A DNA stretch of 64,000 bases, from assembly GCF_006345805.1 (NCBI RefSeq), contig NC_043006.1:96596001-96660000 (forward strand), in the 5' to 3' direction. The translations under genes and the position numbers were made by a program. Every line of letters begins with the position of its first letter. Within the stretch, counting starts at the first letter, position 1. The stretch comes from Octopus sinensis (taxonomy: Eukaryota). Below the pieces are notes generated by a model, which searched no databases, was not told where the DNA came from, and saw only the letters and a list, made by a program, of their open reading frames with translations. Positions 26,817 to 39,189 of this stretch are shown here, in pieces.

Positions 26817-28921
26817 TATATAGTATTTTTTGTTTTCAATTTTTGTTAGAATATTTGTGATTTTTGTTTCAGGTGTGATGTGTGCTTTTTCAAATAGATT
26901 CTATGTCGATCAGAATAAAGTTGGAAGGGAGCTAACAATTTTCTCCCTTTATCGTTGATGAATTTATTTCCGTAATGTGTATATTTTAAGGAGTACAAAA
27001 TATAAAGTTATATCTCGAGATCGCTAGTGGCAACAACACTCAAAATATATAACAGACTGGAATATTATATATGCAACATTGATTCTCTTATATATTTATA
27101 TATTTTTATATGATGTTTATATATTTATATATTACTATATTTTTAAACGTCGGGTTTTATATCTGTTCTGTAGATATAAATGAATATATAAATATATGTA
27201 TGTGTTTGATCTTTCTGTGGATTTTGTAGTGTTTTTTTGGTTGCTGTTCCGATTGCCTCTCCTCGGATTAAAAAGTGTATTTTCAGGAGTATTAGTACAT
27301 AGTTTTCACTTCTAGTGTTTTGCAGACTAGATAAGGGACACTTAATTTCATAAGTATCTTAAGCCCACTTCCAGCATATTTGTGTCATCTATCATTCACT
27401 AGCAGTTGTTGTGCATCTTTTGGAGAAGAAAATATCATTGTCAAAAATATCATCATTGATCGGCATTGAAGCCGTGATCCTCTTGTCTTCTTTATTTCTA
27501 GTGTATCATATTCAGTATTTGAAAATTCTGTATATTTCACAGTTTTGAGAAAGATAGACGGATATAAAAAGAAAACTTAGGTGAAATTTTTTTGCAAGTC
27601 AAACAGCTGCGTAGAAGTGTCCTCGTTGGCATCTTAATGGCAAGTTTTAATATTGTGGTTTTAGCGAGTGTTAACATTCTTGTGTTTCTGATATCTGGAT
27701 TGATAGTATTAGTAGTTTTGCCATTAGTGGTGTAGGTGGTGGTATGAGTTGTGTTTTTATTAGTGACAATTAGGATTGTTTACAGGAAAGTTCACACTGA
27801 TACCGTGTTGGTGGCAGTTGTACTGTTACAGGCGTTAATGATGGCTGTTGGTGTCGTCGTCCTTTTAGACTCAGTTGTTCATCGAATGAGCTGACCAACT
27901 ATCAAATGTGCTTCAGGATATGACCATCTCGTCTTCTTATTCCAGATACGGTATATTTAAGACTACATTCTCCAATGTACTCTATCTCATTTAAAACTGT
28001 AGGATGAGGTTTGAGAAAGATTTGGGGTGTTATATCTAGCAGATCGAGTGACCATTTACAAATTTCCCCATAGCTGTAAATATTGTGGGTGTTAGTGACA
28101 GTATATCTACATTGGTGATGTGAGAGGTAATGGCAACGAAAGGGATTGTAAGTGGTGATAATAGTAATTTTAAGGGTGGTGAATGTTAAAGGTGAGTGCT
28201 AGTGGTGGTGGCTATACTAACTCTCTTAGATGCAATGGTAGTGGGAAGTGGTGGATATAGTAGTTTTAAGGATTAGTGGTGGTGGCTACGTTGGCTATGC
28301 TGGAGGTAATGGCAATGAGAGAGTGTGAAAGTGGCGGTAATAGTGATGTTAATTGTGATGGATGTTAAAGGTGAGTGTTAGTGGTGGTGAGCAGGATAAT
28401 AGCATTACTGGCGGTGTCTGTGGTAGGGGTTAGAGATGGTGCTATTGTGTGTCGGGTGCCTACGGGACACCTCTCGTCATTTGAACCCATTTAACTCTGT
28501 TCTCTTGTTTTAATGAACGACGACATATCTTAATAGGATTATTGTTGAATTAATCACTATTTTACTGTAACAGTTATTGTTAAGACCGCGGTGCAAGTGG
28601 CGTGCATCCTTTAGTTAAATCCGTTTGTTGCTCTCGGGTGACGACACGCCAGCAACGACGGCCATAACACCACTGACAGCTACACCACCACAACAATCAC
28701 CACCACTTCCACCTCCACAAATAAACAGAGACAGCAGCAACAGCAGCAACAACAACAACAACAACAAAAGTAACAACGATAACAATAATAATAGCAGGGA
28801 GAGAATCACGGATAGCATTTTGAGTGACCAACGACGTAATTCGGCGACAGAAGTTCGGTAAAGTATAAACTGTATAAATTGTGATTTTCTCTTCTTTCTC
28901 CAGTCTTGATTTTATTGCCAT

Positions 28922-28980
<59 letters not shown>

Positions 28981-29135
28981 GCTACCGCTGCTGCTGCTGC
29001 TGCCGCTGCTACGGCAATATTACTAGATCATACTACTATTAACAATACAAGTAGATTATCATAATCATAGTAACAATAATTATTTTATCGATCACTGAAG
29101 GATGACATGCAAAGTCGACTTCGGCGGAATTTGAA

Positions 29136-29209
<74 letters not shown>

Positions 29210-29214
29210 TACCA

Positions 29215-29411
29215 ATCTACAATAGACATAAGTCCTGAAATTTGGGGTAGTTGACTAGTCGATTATATGGACCACAGTATTTCACTTGTACTTAGTTTAT
29301 CGACCCCGAAAGGATGAAAGGCAAAGTCTACCTTGTTGGAATTTTAACTCAGACAGACAAATTACTGCTAAGCATTTCATCAAGCGTGCAAACAATTCTG
29401 CCAGCTCGCCA
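29215..29411 (-). mobile_element. SINE family B
   Basis: TATCGACCCCGAAAGGATGAAAGGCAAAGTC...TTCTGCCAGCTCGCC. Confidence 0.85.
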
Positions 29412-29419
29412 ATGATAAC

Positions 29420-29460
<41 letters not shown>

Positions 29461-29502
29461 TATAATAATAATAACAATAATAATAACAATAATAATAATA
29501 AC

Positions 29503-29533
<31 letters not shown>

Positions 29534-29636
29534 TAATAATAATAATAATACATAATATAATAACAACAATAATAATAATAATAATAATAATAATACTATA
29601 ATAATAATAATAATAACATAATAATAATAACAATAA

Positions 29637-29693
<57 letters not shown>

Positions 29694-29762
29694 TAATAAT
29701 AATAATAATAATAATAATATAACAATAATAATAATAATAATAATATAATAATAATAATATAT

Positions 29763-29833
<71 letters not shown>

Positions 29834-29896
29834 TAATAATAATAATAATAATAGTATAATAATAATAATAAAATAATAATAATAATAATAATAATA

Positions 29897-29938
<42 letters not shown>

Positions 29939-29950
29939 GTAATAATAAAC

Positions 29951-29985
<35 letters not shown>

Positions 29986-29989
29986 TAAC

Positions 29990-30073
<84 letters not shown>

Positions 30074-30080
30074 CAATAAC

Positions 30081-30112
<32 letters not shown>

Positions 30113-30288
30113 TCATAATAATAATAATATAATAATAATAATAACAATAATAATAATAAAAAAATAATAATAATAATAATAATAAACTAATAATAATATA
30201 ATAATAATAATAATAATATAACAAAATAATAATAATAATAATAATAATAACAATAATAATAATAATAACAATAATAATAATAATAATC
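29412..30288. repeat. Very long imperfect (AAT)n tract (~880 bp)
   Basis: Directly visible; source of the poly-I/L/Y ORFs. Confidence 0.95.
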
Positions 30289-30491
30289 CTGTCCACTAAA
30301 AGCACAAGGCCTGGAATTTTGTGGGGAGGGGACTGGTCGATTATATCAGCCCCAAAGTTTCACTGGATGCATCGACTCCGAAGAATTAAAGATAAAGTCG
30401 ACCTTGGTAGAATTTGAACACAGAACGTAGCGGCGGCAGGCGAAATACGGCTAAGCATTTCACCCAGAGTGCTAACAATCCTGCCAGTTCG
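30289..30491 (-). mobile_element. SINE family B
   Basis: Reverse-complement head CCTGCCAGTTCGC, B-box AATTTGAAC, degenerate core. Confidence 0.8.
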
Positions 30492-32247
30492 CTAGCTGCT
30501 GCTACTACTATTACTACTACTACTACTACTTGTTTTCTTAACGTCTAGACTCTATCCTTCTACCTTTCCCTTGTGGCAAATAAAGAAGCGTCGTTATTAT
30601 TAGAATTAATTGATTAAATTATCTAATTAGTGCTGTTATTGTTGGTGTTGGCGTCGACGTTGTTGTCATCGCTGTCGCCACTGTCGTTATTGTCATCATG
30701 CGGCAACCGAACGCTCAGAACGTATAAACTTGTGCGATATCAATGTTTATGAGTTGATTTTGTCACTTGGAATAATATTTAGAAGAGAATCTTAACTCCA
30801 TTTTTTTTATATCCCCGTTTCCTTTTGTTGAACTATTTCCTTCATCCCCCTCCCCCCTCTCTCTCTCACACACACACACACATGTACACACACACGCGCG
30901 CAAACACAAATACACTTCCCTTCCATCTTATGTTTCTTTCCTTCTTAGTTGCTTTTTGCTTTCCTTTCTATTTATCCAATTTTCTCTTTCTTTCCTTGGT
31001 CCCTTCTTTAGCCCTTGATTCTATTACAGTCTTCTTTCATTGCTTCTTTTCTGTCTTTCTTCATTCCTTTCGTTGCTTCTTGTTTTCATTCTTGCATTCT
31101 CCTTTTCTATAATTCTTTCCTTGATTCTGTTCATCGCACTACTTATTCATTCATTCCTTGTTTACATATTTCCAATTCGTGTTAGCTTTTAGAACATAAT
31201 ATAAATCCATACAATAGAGTTAACAATTGTCTCTGAAAGAAAAACAAGAACACTTCTACCTTGTAGTAATTCCCTATAACAAAAAATAATTATACATCTG
31301 CTTTGGTTTACTTCGAATTATTTGGTGGAATCACGTATCCAGTAAGACCTTGTACATCCTTGCTGTGGTTTAGTCTTAGGTACCCGCTGATCCAGAAGAC
31401 CTATATTCAAAAGTGTTCAAGCTTTGGCCAAGCAATGCTATTTTATTATTATTATTATTATTCAAAAAGAGCTACATTATTTAATTTGACTGATATCTAT
31501 TTGAGACGGTGGAATGTAATTGGCTCTCTCTTCCTACCAGATTGGGTAGTTACTTAAGTAGCATCAGAAATATGACTTAAGTAGCATCAGAAATAATTTG
31601 AAATTTTCTTTGATTAACACATTATTTCACCTGTCTTTTACTCTCTTACTCGCTTCAGTCATTCAATTCTGTACATATATACAACCTTGATACAGTATTG
31701 CCTGAGGTACCCGTTGAGGGACTTTCTGTATATGTAATCTTAGCAAACTAGATTAAGACTTCTAATTTAGATGGTAAATTTTGTGATGCCTCTTTAGTGC
31801 AGCTACCTCGTCTTCCACAGATGCTGCGTTTGAATCTTGCAGTGTATGTTAAAAAGTTTTCTCGAAGCCTAGTTGTTGTGTGAATATTTGGTCGACCGTG
31901 TTGTATCTGAGACAAAAGCCATACAGTTCGTCAGCTTGCCTGGGTTGATTCAGTATTCTTACATCTCTTTTTGCTGTTCATGTACGAAAATTCTACTGGG
32001 GAGGTTTAAGTAAATATACCACGCTAAAAAGGATAGCTGCGACCGCTGCCGAGTGCTATAAGGATGGAATGAAAATCAGTCTTATGTTTTCTCGAGAAAG
32101 CCTGCGTAGAGCGTTTTGCATGTTAATGGAGCTACTGTGAAGTAGTCGAACATGTCCGGGTATCTAGGGATCATTTTCACGATTAATGGAAGATAGGAAG
32201 CGGAAATAGATTCCATAATAACTGAAACTCTCTCTCTCTCTCTCTCT

Positions 32248-32665
32248 CTCTTTTACTCTTTTAATTGTTTCAGTCATTTGACTGCGGCCATGCTGGAGCA
32301 CCGCCTTTAGTCGAGCAAATCGACCCCGGGACTTATTCTTTGTAAGCCCAGTACTTATTCTATCGGTCTCTTTTGCCGAACCGCTAAGTGATGGGGACGT
32401 AAACACACCAGCATCGGTTGTCAAGCAATGCTAGGGGGACAAACAAAGACGCACAAACACACACACACACATACACACATATATATATATATACATATAT
32501 ACGACAGGCTTCTTTCAGTTTCCGTCTACCAAATGCACTCACAAGGCATTGGTCGGCCCGGGGCTATAGCAGAAGACACTTGCCCAAGATGCCACGCAGT
32601 GGGACTGAACCCGGAACCATGTGGTTGGTTAGTAAGCTACTTACCACACAGCCACTCCTGCGCCT
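32248..32665 (-). mobile_element. SINE family A, full length
   Basis: Reverse-complement homology to 2496-2937. Confidence 0.9.
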
Positions 32666-33314
32666 AAACTTGGAGCACTATAATGCTATCTTTACCATTC
32701 TATTTGCCAGAAATACGGTAGGTGAAGAAACAGAATTCGTTATATTCAATTCGGTTTACGTACCCTCTGCAGATTCCACTTCAGACAACAGTGAAGCATT
32801 GAAGGGCTGCTGCTACATATGGGATCTTGTCCATACACTACATACCATCATGTTACAGAATAGGACTCTCTGGATCCTATTCAGCATCCAGTAAGTTTCA
32901 ACTTGAGTGATTACCACGAAGTTACTTTTAATCATATTCGAAACTCTCACTCACAAATATATTATCTCCCTTCGCTGACTTTTTAAAAGTCTACTACAAT
33001 GCTCTCTGATATACAGAGCCGGCTGGCATCAACCCACTTCCAAACAGACCCTGTCTATTTGCACACACACACATACACACACACACACACACACCACACA
33101 CACACGTACACGGTCATGCATACACTCACACATATATATAAACAAGAAGAATGGAGTGATCAAGTAGCCTTTTATTACATTTAATTACAAATGTTTCATT
33201 TGAATTCGAACTTCTGAATATAGTTATATTATATGCCACTATCGCTTTATGAGGTGTCATTGAAAAAGACGTACCGAGTTCGACTATTCAGAATTATGTA
33301 TGTATGTATATATG

Positions 33315-33345
<31 letters not shown>

Positions 33346-33389
33346 ATATACACATAAACAGACATACGTATAAATATATAATAGATATA

Positions 33390-33420
<31 letters not shown>

Positions 33421-33428
<8 letters not shown>

Positions 33429-33848
33429 ATTCGAGACAAAACCACTATTTTAAAACCAAACAAGGAAAGACTTAATCAATACATAAAATTTTAATATAAA
33501 TTAATAAACCGCCACTACAAATGTTCATGTCTGCTACCGACAATCTTCAGGTGGATTTTCGATCTTCTAATCAGTATCAAATTTTGAAGTGAATTATTCA
33601 CTTCAAAATTTGATACTGATTAGAAGATCGAAAATCCACCTGAAGATTGTCGGTAGCAGACATGAAACATTTGTAGTGGCGGTTTATTTAATTTATATTT
33701 AAAATTTTATGTATTGATTAAGTCTTTCCTTGTTTGGTTTTAAAATAGTGGTTTTGTCTCGAATTATATTATATAATATTTTACTATAAAATTGGATTTA
33801 ACCCTAAATCTGATTTTTCCCTGTAATTTTGGATTCATTCCCTAATAT

Positions 33849-33862
<14 letters not shown>
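33421..33862 (+). mobile_element. Fold-back element: ~175-bp near-perfect inverted arms (axis 33595) plus ~90-bp unpaired 3' tail, bounded by (TA)n
   Basis: Arms 33421-33594 and 33596-33772 differ only by small indels. The tail TTTTACTATAAATTGGATTTAA..CCCTAATATTTATT is shared with 52377-52470. Confidence 0.9.
33636..33679 (+). ncRNA. Type I hammerhead ribozyme motif
   Basis: CCAC-CTGAAGA-T TGTC GGTAGCA GACA T-GAA-ACA TT TGT-A^(33675)-GTGG. The mirror copy in the left arm lacks one A of GAAA. Confidence 0.8.
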
Positions 33863-33897
<35 letters not shown>

Positions 33898-33917
33898 CAC
33901 ACACACACACACACCAC

Positions 33918-34091
<174 letters not shown>

Positions 34092-34107
34092 ATGTATATA
34101 TATATAG

Positions 34108-34320
34108 TTAATCCAAACATGAAAACACAAAGAGAAAACACAACAACGCGAGGATATGGAACAAATATAGTATTATTGGACGCTCAGGAAAGAAGGAAAG
34201 AAGGAGGGTTTAACGTTTCGAGCGGAGCTCTTCGTCAGAAACATATGAAAAGAAAAGATCCAGAGAAGGGAAGACGGAGGAAAAAAAATCGCCAACGGTA
34301 CACACGCGGTCACATTTTGA
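34108..34320 (-). mobile_element. (TA)n-bounded ORF-less module with minimal HHR
   Basis: Shares TTCCTGAGCG..ATACT downstream of the HHR with the 11.1/54.9 kb family. Confidence 0.65.
34208..34242 (-). ncRNA. Minimal (dimer-type) hammerhead motif
   Basis: GTTT-CTGACGA A-GAGC TCC GCTC-GAA-ACGT-T^-AAAC: palindromic ACGT stem III with no loop. Confidence 0.75.
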
Positions 34321-34334
34321 ATGTATATATATAT

Positions 34335-34507
34335 ACACCAGAGTAACCACATAAATGCGAAACAATGAGGAAAAAATAATACTCGAATGACGGAGGTAGA
34401 GTAATATGCTTTATTAAAAAACCAGCAAAGGCATCACAAAAAGTGCTGCTCAGAGTTTCACATTCCCGTTCGTCGGACAGTTTTGTTTAGATTCTAAACA
34501 AAACTGT
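34335..34507 (-). mobile_element. Module with degenerate HHR and terminal 15-bp perfect hairpin; second decayed copy at ~23095-23170 (+)
   Basis: CCGACGA-ACG GGAA TGT-GAAACTCTGAG. Hairpin ACAGTTTTGTTTAGA-T-TCTAAACAAAACTGT at 34477-34507. Confidence 0.6.
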
Positions 34508-34519
34508 ATATATGTATGT

Positions 34520-34567
<48 letters not shown>

Positions 34568-34715
34568 AAATAGAAAGATGAATAATCTTGTAGTATAATC
34601 AAAAGTTTAACCGATACCTTAGTAGCAAAAATCACACATGAACAGCACGGTTGGAGGTACAACCATCTGGCGTTGCAACCGTGCGTTGGTGCGGATAATT
34701 GAAATTAAAACATTA

Positions 34716-35014
34716 TTGGTGAATGAAGAAATGGAGCTGAACGCAGATTGAACAGAGAAACGTTTTATTTCATTTACACGTGTTTCGAAAGGCACAAATA
34801 CCAAAATCGATTGAATAATGGGACCATATTGTGTCTTTCTCTTCAGGAAGAAAAAAGGAAATCGTTGGAAAAACAAAAACAGAACAGAGGAGAGCAAAAA
34901 AAATGGTCCCATTATTCAATCGGATTTTGGTAATTTGTGCCTTCGAAACACGGTAGAATGAAATAAAACGATTTCTGTTCAATCTGCGTTCAGCTCCATT
35001 TCTTCAATCACCAA
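34716..35014. repeat. Inverted repeat (~110-bp arms, ~76-bp spacer) overlapping an HHR on the minus strand
   Basis: Arms 34716-34827 and 34903-35014. Minus strand CTGAAGA(34840-46)-GAAAG...CTTTC-GAA-ACACGTGT-A. Confidence 0.85.
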
Positions 35015-35016
35015 CT

Positions 35017-35077
<61 letters not shown>

Positions 35078-35159
35078 ATATATATATTAATAAATAACAT
35101 AGGCATTATATATACATACATATAATGTACTACCTACCTCTACATGTATATATACACGC

Positions 35160-35375
35160 ATATATGAGTACAGGACACAAAAAAAAACGTCGAACACAAT
35201 GAGAAGCGAAAACATAGACACAAACCCAAGGAACTGGACATCTTTTTAAACAACAACAAAAAAATAGAGTACAGGACAATTAACACAAAGAAAAAAACCC
35301 TTCTTCAGTCGCCATGGTTTCATCTACTCTACGTTTCGAAGGTGAAGGCGAGACGTATCTTCGATAAGAAACAGA
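35160..35375 (-). repeat. (TA)n-adjacent module with decayed HHR parts
   Basis: Minus strand TTCGAAACGTAGAG and CTGAAGAAGGG are present but not in a foldable order. Confidence 0.35.
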
Positions 35376-35759
35376 GAGAGAGAGAGAGAGAGAGAGATAA
35401 AGCGAGATAGATAGATGAATAAATGCTTTAACCGGTGGTTCATTTCCTATTATATATTACGCAAACCTGAAAAATATTATTGGGCTTAACTTCATTGTTA
35501 CGTCTTTATACATATACATATACATATATACGTACATAAATTTAAGTAGTTATACATACACCTACACACACACACACACATAAACATGTATATAAATGTG
35601 TGTGTGTGTGTGTTTCATTATATATTTATATGAAAAATATGATGCATGCGTATGGGCTTATATGTATGTAAAGGCACATTATATCAGTCTCATGCACACT
35701 TCGGTGGACTTAGTCGTCGAAAGTTACAGAATCCGATAAACACGAATGAACGAACGCAC

Positions 35760-36362
35760 ACACAGACCTTCACACGCACAAACACACACATACACAGACA
35801 ATCAGAGACACACATAGACACACACACATACACACGCACACACACACACACACACACATACACAGACAGTCAGAGTCACACACAGACATACACACATACA
35901 TACGCACACACACACACATACAAAGACAGTCAGAGACACACACAGGACACACACACATACACACGCACACAACACACACACACATACACAGACAGTCAGA
36001 GACACACAGACACAAACACACATACACACGCGCAACACACACGCACACAACAATACACAGACAGTCAGAGACACACGCAGACACACACACACATACACAC
36101 GCACACACACACACCACACACACACATACACAGACAGTCAGAGTCACACACAGACATACACACATACATACGCACACACACCACATACAAAGAAGTCAGA
36201 GACACACACAGACACACCACCACATACACAACGCACACACACACCCACATACACAGACAGTCAGAGACACACAGACACAAACACACATACACACGCGCAC
36301 ACACACACGCACACACACATACACAGACAGTCAGAGACACACGCAGACACACACACACATAC

Positions 36363-36401
<39 letters not shown>

Positions 36402-36641
36402 ACATACACAGACAGTCAGAGCCACACACAGACATACACACATACATACGCACACACACACACATACAAAGACAGTCAGAGACACACACAGACACACACA
36501 CATACACACGCACACAACACACACACATACACAGACAGTCAGAGACCACAGACACAACACACATACACACGCGCACACACACACGCACACACACCACATA
36601 CACAGACAGTCAGAGACACACGCAGACACACACACACATAC

Positions 36642-36681
<40 letters not shown>

Positions 36682-37260
36682 ACATACACAGACAGTCAGA
36701 GTCACACACAGACATACACACATACATACGCACACACACACACATACAAAGACAGTCAGAGACACACACAGACACACACACATACACACGCACACACACA
36801 CACACATACACAGACAGTCAGAGACACACAGACACAAACACACATACACACGCGCACACACACACGCACACACACACACATACACAGACAGTCAGAGACA
36901 CACGCAGACACACACACACATACACACGCACACACACACACACACACACACATACACAGACAGTCAGAGTCACACACAGACATACACACATACATACGCA
37001 CACACACACACATACAAAGACAGTCAGAGACACACACAGACACACACACATACACACCCACACACACACACACATACACACCCACACACACACACACATA
37101 CACAGACAGTCAGAGACACACAGACACAAACACACATACACACGCGCACACACACACGCACACACACATACACAGACAGTCAGAGACACACGCAGACACA
37201 CACACATACACACGCACGCACACACACACACGCACAATGCACACACACGCACACATAAAT
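35760..37260. repeat. Higher-order minisatellite: four ~65-70-bp (CA)-rich monomers anchored by CAGACAGTCAGAG, in ~270-280-bp units, about 5 copies
   Basis: Diagnostic CAGAG(T/C)CACA monomer at 35871, 36139, 36417, 36697, 36965. Confidence 0.9.
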
Positions 37261-37499
37261 GTATTACAAATACAAGCGCACACGCAAATAAGAACTCACG
37301 TAGACGATGTTTGATGCGTACTTTTTTTACATTTAAATACACACACGCGCGCGCGCAGACGTACGCACGGGCACTTTTACATACACATTCATGCACACAC
37401 ACGTCTGCATACACACAGACGTTCGCAAATACACCTACAAACTCTCGTGAAGGTACACACGCACAGGATCACACACATAAATGCGTGAGTACATATCTC

Positions 37500-37930
37500 T
37501 ATGAGTGCGAGTATACACACACACACATGCACATATATGCACACATGCATACATACATAACACACACGCTTGCACACACGCATACACACATTCATACAAA
37601 CACACATACATACATACATACATGCATACATGCATACATGCATACATACATACATACATACAAACACACACATACATACATACATACATGCATGCATACA
37701 TACATACATACATACGTGCATGCATACATACATACATACATACAAACACACACACATACATACATACATACAAACACACACACATACATATGTGCATACA
37801 TACATACATATGTGCATACATACATACATACATACATACATGCATACATACATACATACATACATACATACATACATACATACATACATGCATGCATACA
37901 TACAGCCATCCATATATACATACATACACA
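37500..37930. repeat. (CATA)n/(CATG) microsatellite
   Basis: Directly visible. Confidence 0.95.
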
Positions 37931-38353
37931 TTTATTGAAACCAAAAATTGCAATCCTCCAGGTAGAACTTCCTTACCACAGCCAACCCTTCTCTCTTTCA
38001 TTCTTGCCATAGTCTTCCCACCCTAAACACCAAGAGTGCTGGGAGAAACTGCACTGTTTGCCAGTGCCTCTACCTTCAACATTCTACTGTTTGTGCGAGC
38101 TTTAGTAAATTTATTTTGCTGGCGATCACCTGCGATTTAAAAGATAGTTTTTGAGACCGTCTTATTCCGTTTGATGTTAACTGGTAGCTGTTTGAAGAGT
38201 GACGGCTCTTTGAACTTAGAACCTCTTTATTTGAAGAGGTAAAACGACAGTAGAAGAGATAGTAGCAGCAGCAGTAATAGTATTAGTAGTAGTAGTACTA
38301 TTACCACCACCACCACACCACCACCACCACCACCACTACCACCACTACTACTT

Positions 38354-38384
<31 letters not shown>

Positions 38385-38444
38385 AACTACTACTACTACT
38401 ACTACTACTACAAAATTTAACAATGTTGTCTGTAACAATTGTTT

Positions 38445-39090
38445 AAAATATAGGCGCAAGGTCAGCAGTTTCGAAGGCAAACGGTTAGTCGATACTATCG
38501 ACATTAGTACCTGAGCGATTCTGTATTTTACCAGCACTAAAAGGATAAAAAAAAAAACATCAAAGTTCATCTGGTCAGGATTCGAACTCGATACGTACAG
38601 AGACGAAAATAAATAGTGCAAAGTGGTTTAACCGTTTCTCTAACGATCCTGCCAAACCATTACTTAAACGTCGCAGCAGATAATCATTTGTGCTATAAGC
38701 ACAAGGAGTGACATTTTGGGAAAGGGAGTCAGTTGTGTACATCGACCTCAACAGTCAAATCGTATTTGTTCTATCGACTCCAAAAGGAACAAAAGTAAAG
38801 TCGACTTCAACAGTATTTGAACTCCGAACGTAAAGCCGGAAAAAATGCCGCAAACGACTCAGCCAGCTCACCATGCTAATACTTTCTAAATGTTGACACG
38901 AGACCAGTAATTTTGAGGGGATGAGGAAGTCGAGTATACCAACCCTAACGATTAACTGGTATTTATTTTGTTATCTCTTAAATGAAGAAAGTCAAAGTCG
39001 ACCTCAACGGCATTTGAACTCGGAATGTGAAACCGAAAGAAATAACGCTATGCATTTTACCCAGCATGCTAACGATTCTGGCAGCTCACC
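38445..39090 (-). mobile_element. Three consecutive degenerate SINE family B copies
   Basis: B-box reverse complements (TTCGAACTC, TTTGAACTC) at ~38581, ~38817, ~39013, each with the AAAGTCGAC(C/T)TC-type core. Confidence 0.75.
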
Positions 39091-39189
39091 GATAAGCACC
39101 ACAAGTAATAATCCCTTATACTGTAGGTACAAGACCTGAAAGTGTGTGCTAAGCATTCTGCCCAGATCACCGTCTTAATAGTAAGACTT

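Noticed and set aside
28625-28861. P/N-rich ORF ending at a GTAAAG donor
   Set aside because: Stop immediately upstream, no good acceptor, largely simple repeat.
35646-38012. 788-aa H/T-rich ORF
   Set aside because: Translation of the (CA)-based higher-order repeat and (CATA)n; stop-free only because of composition.
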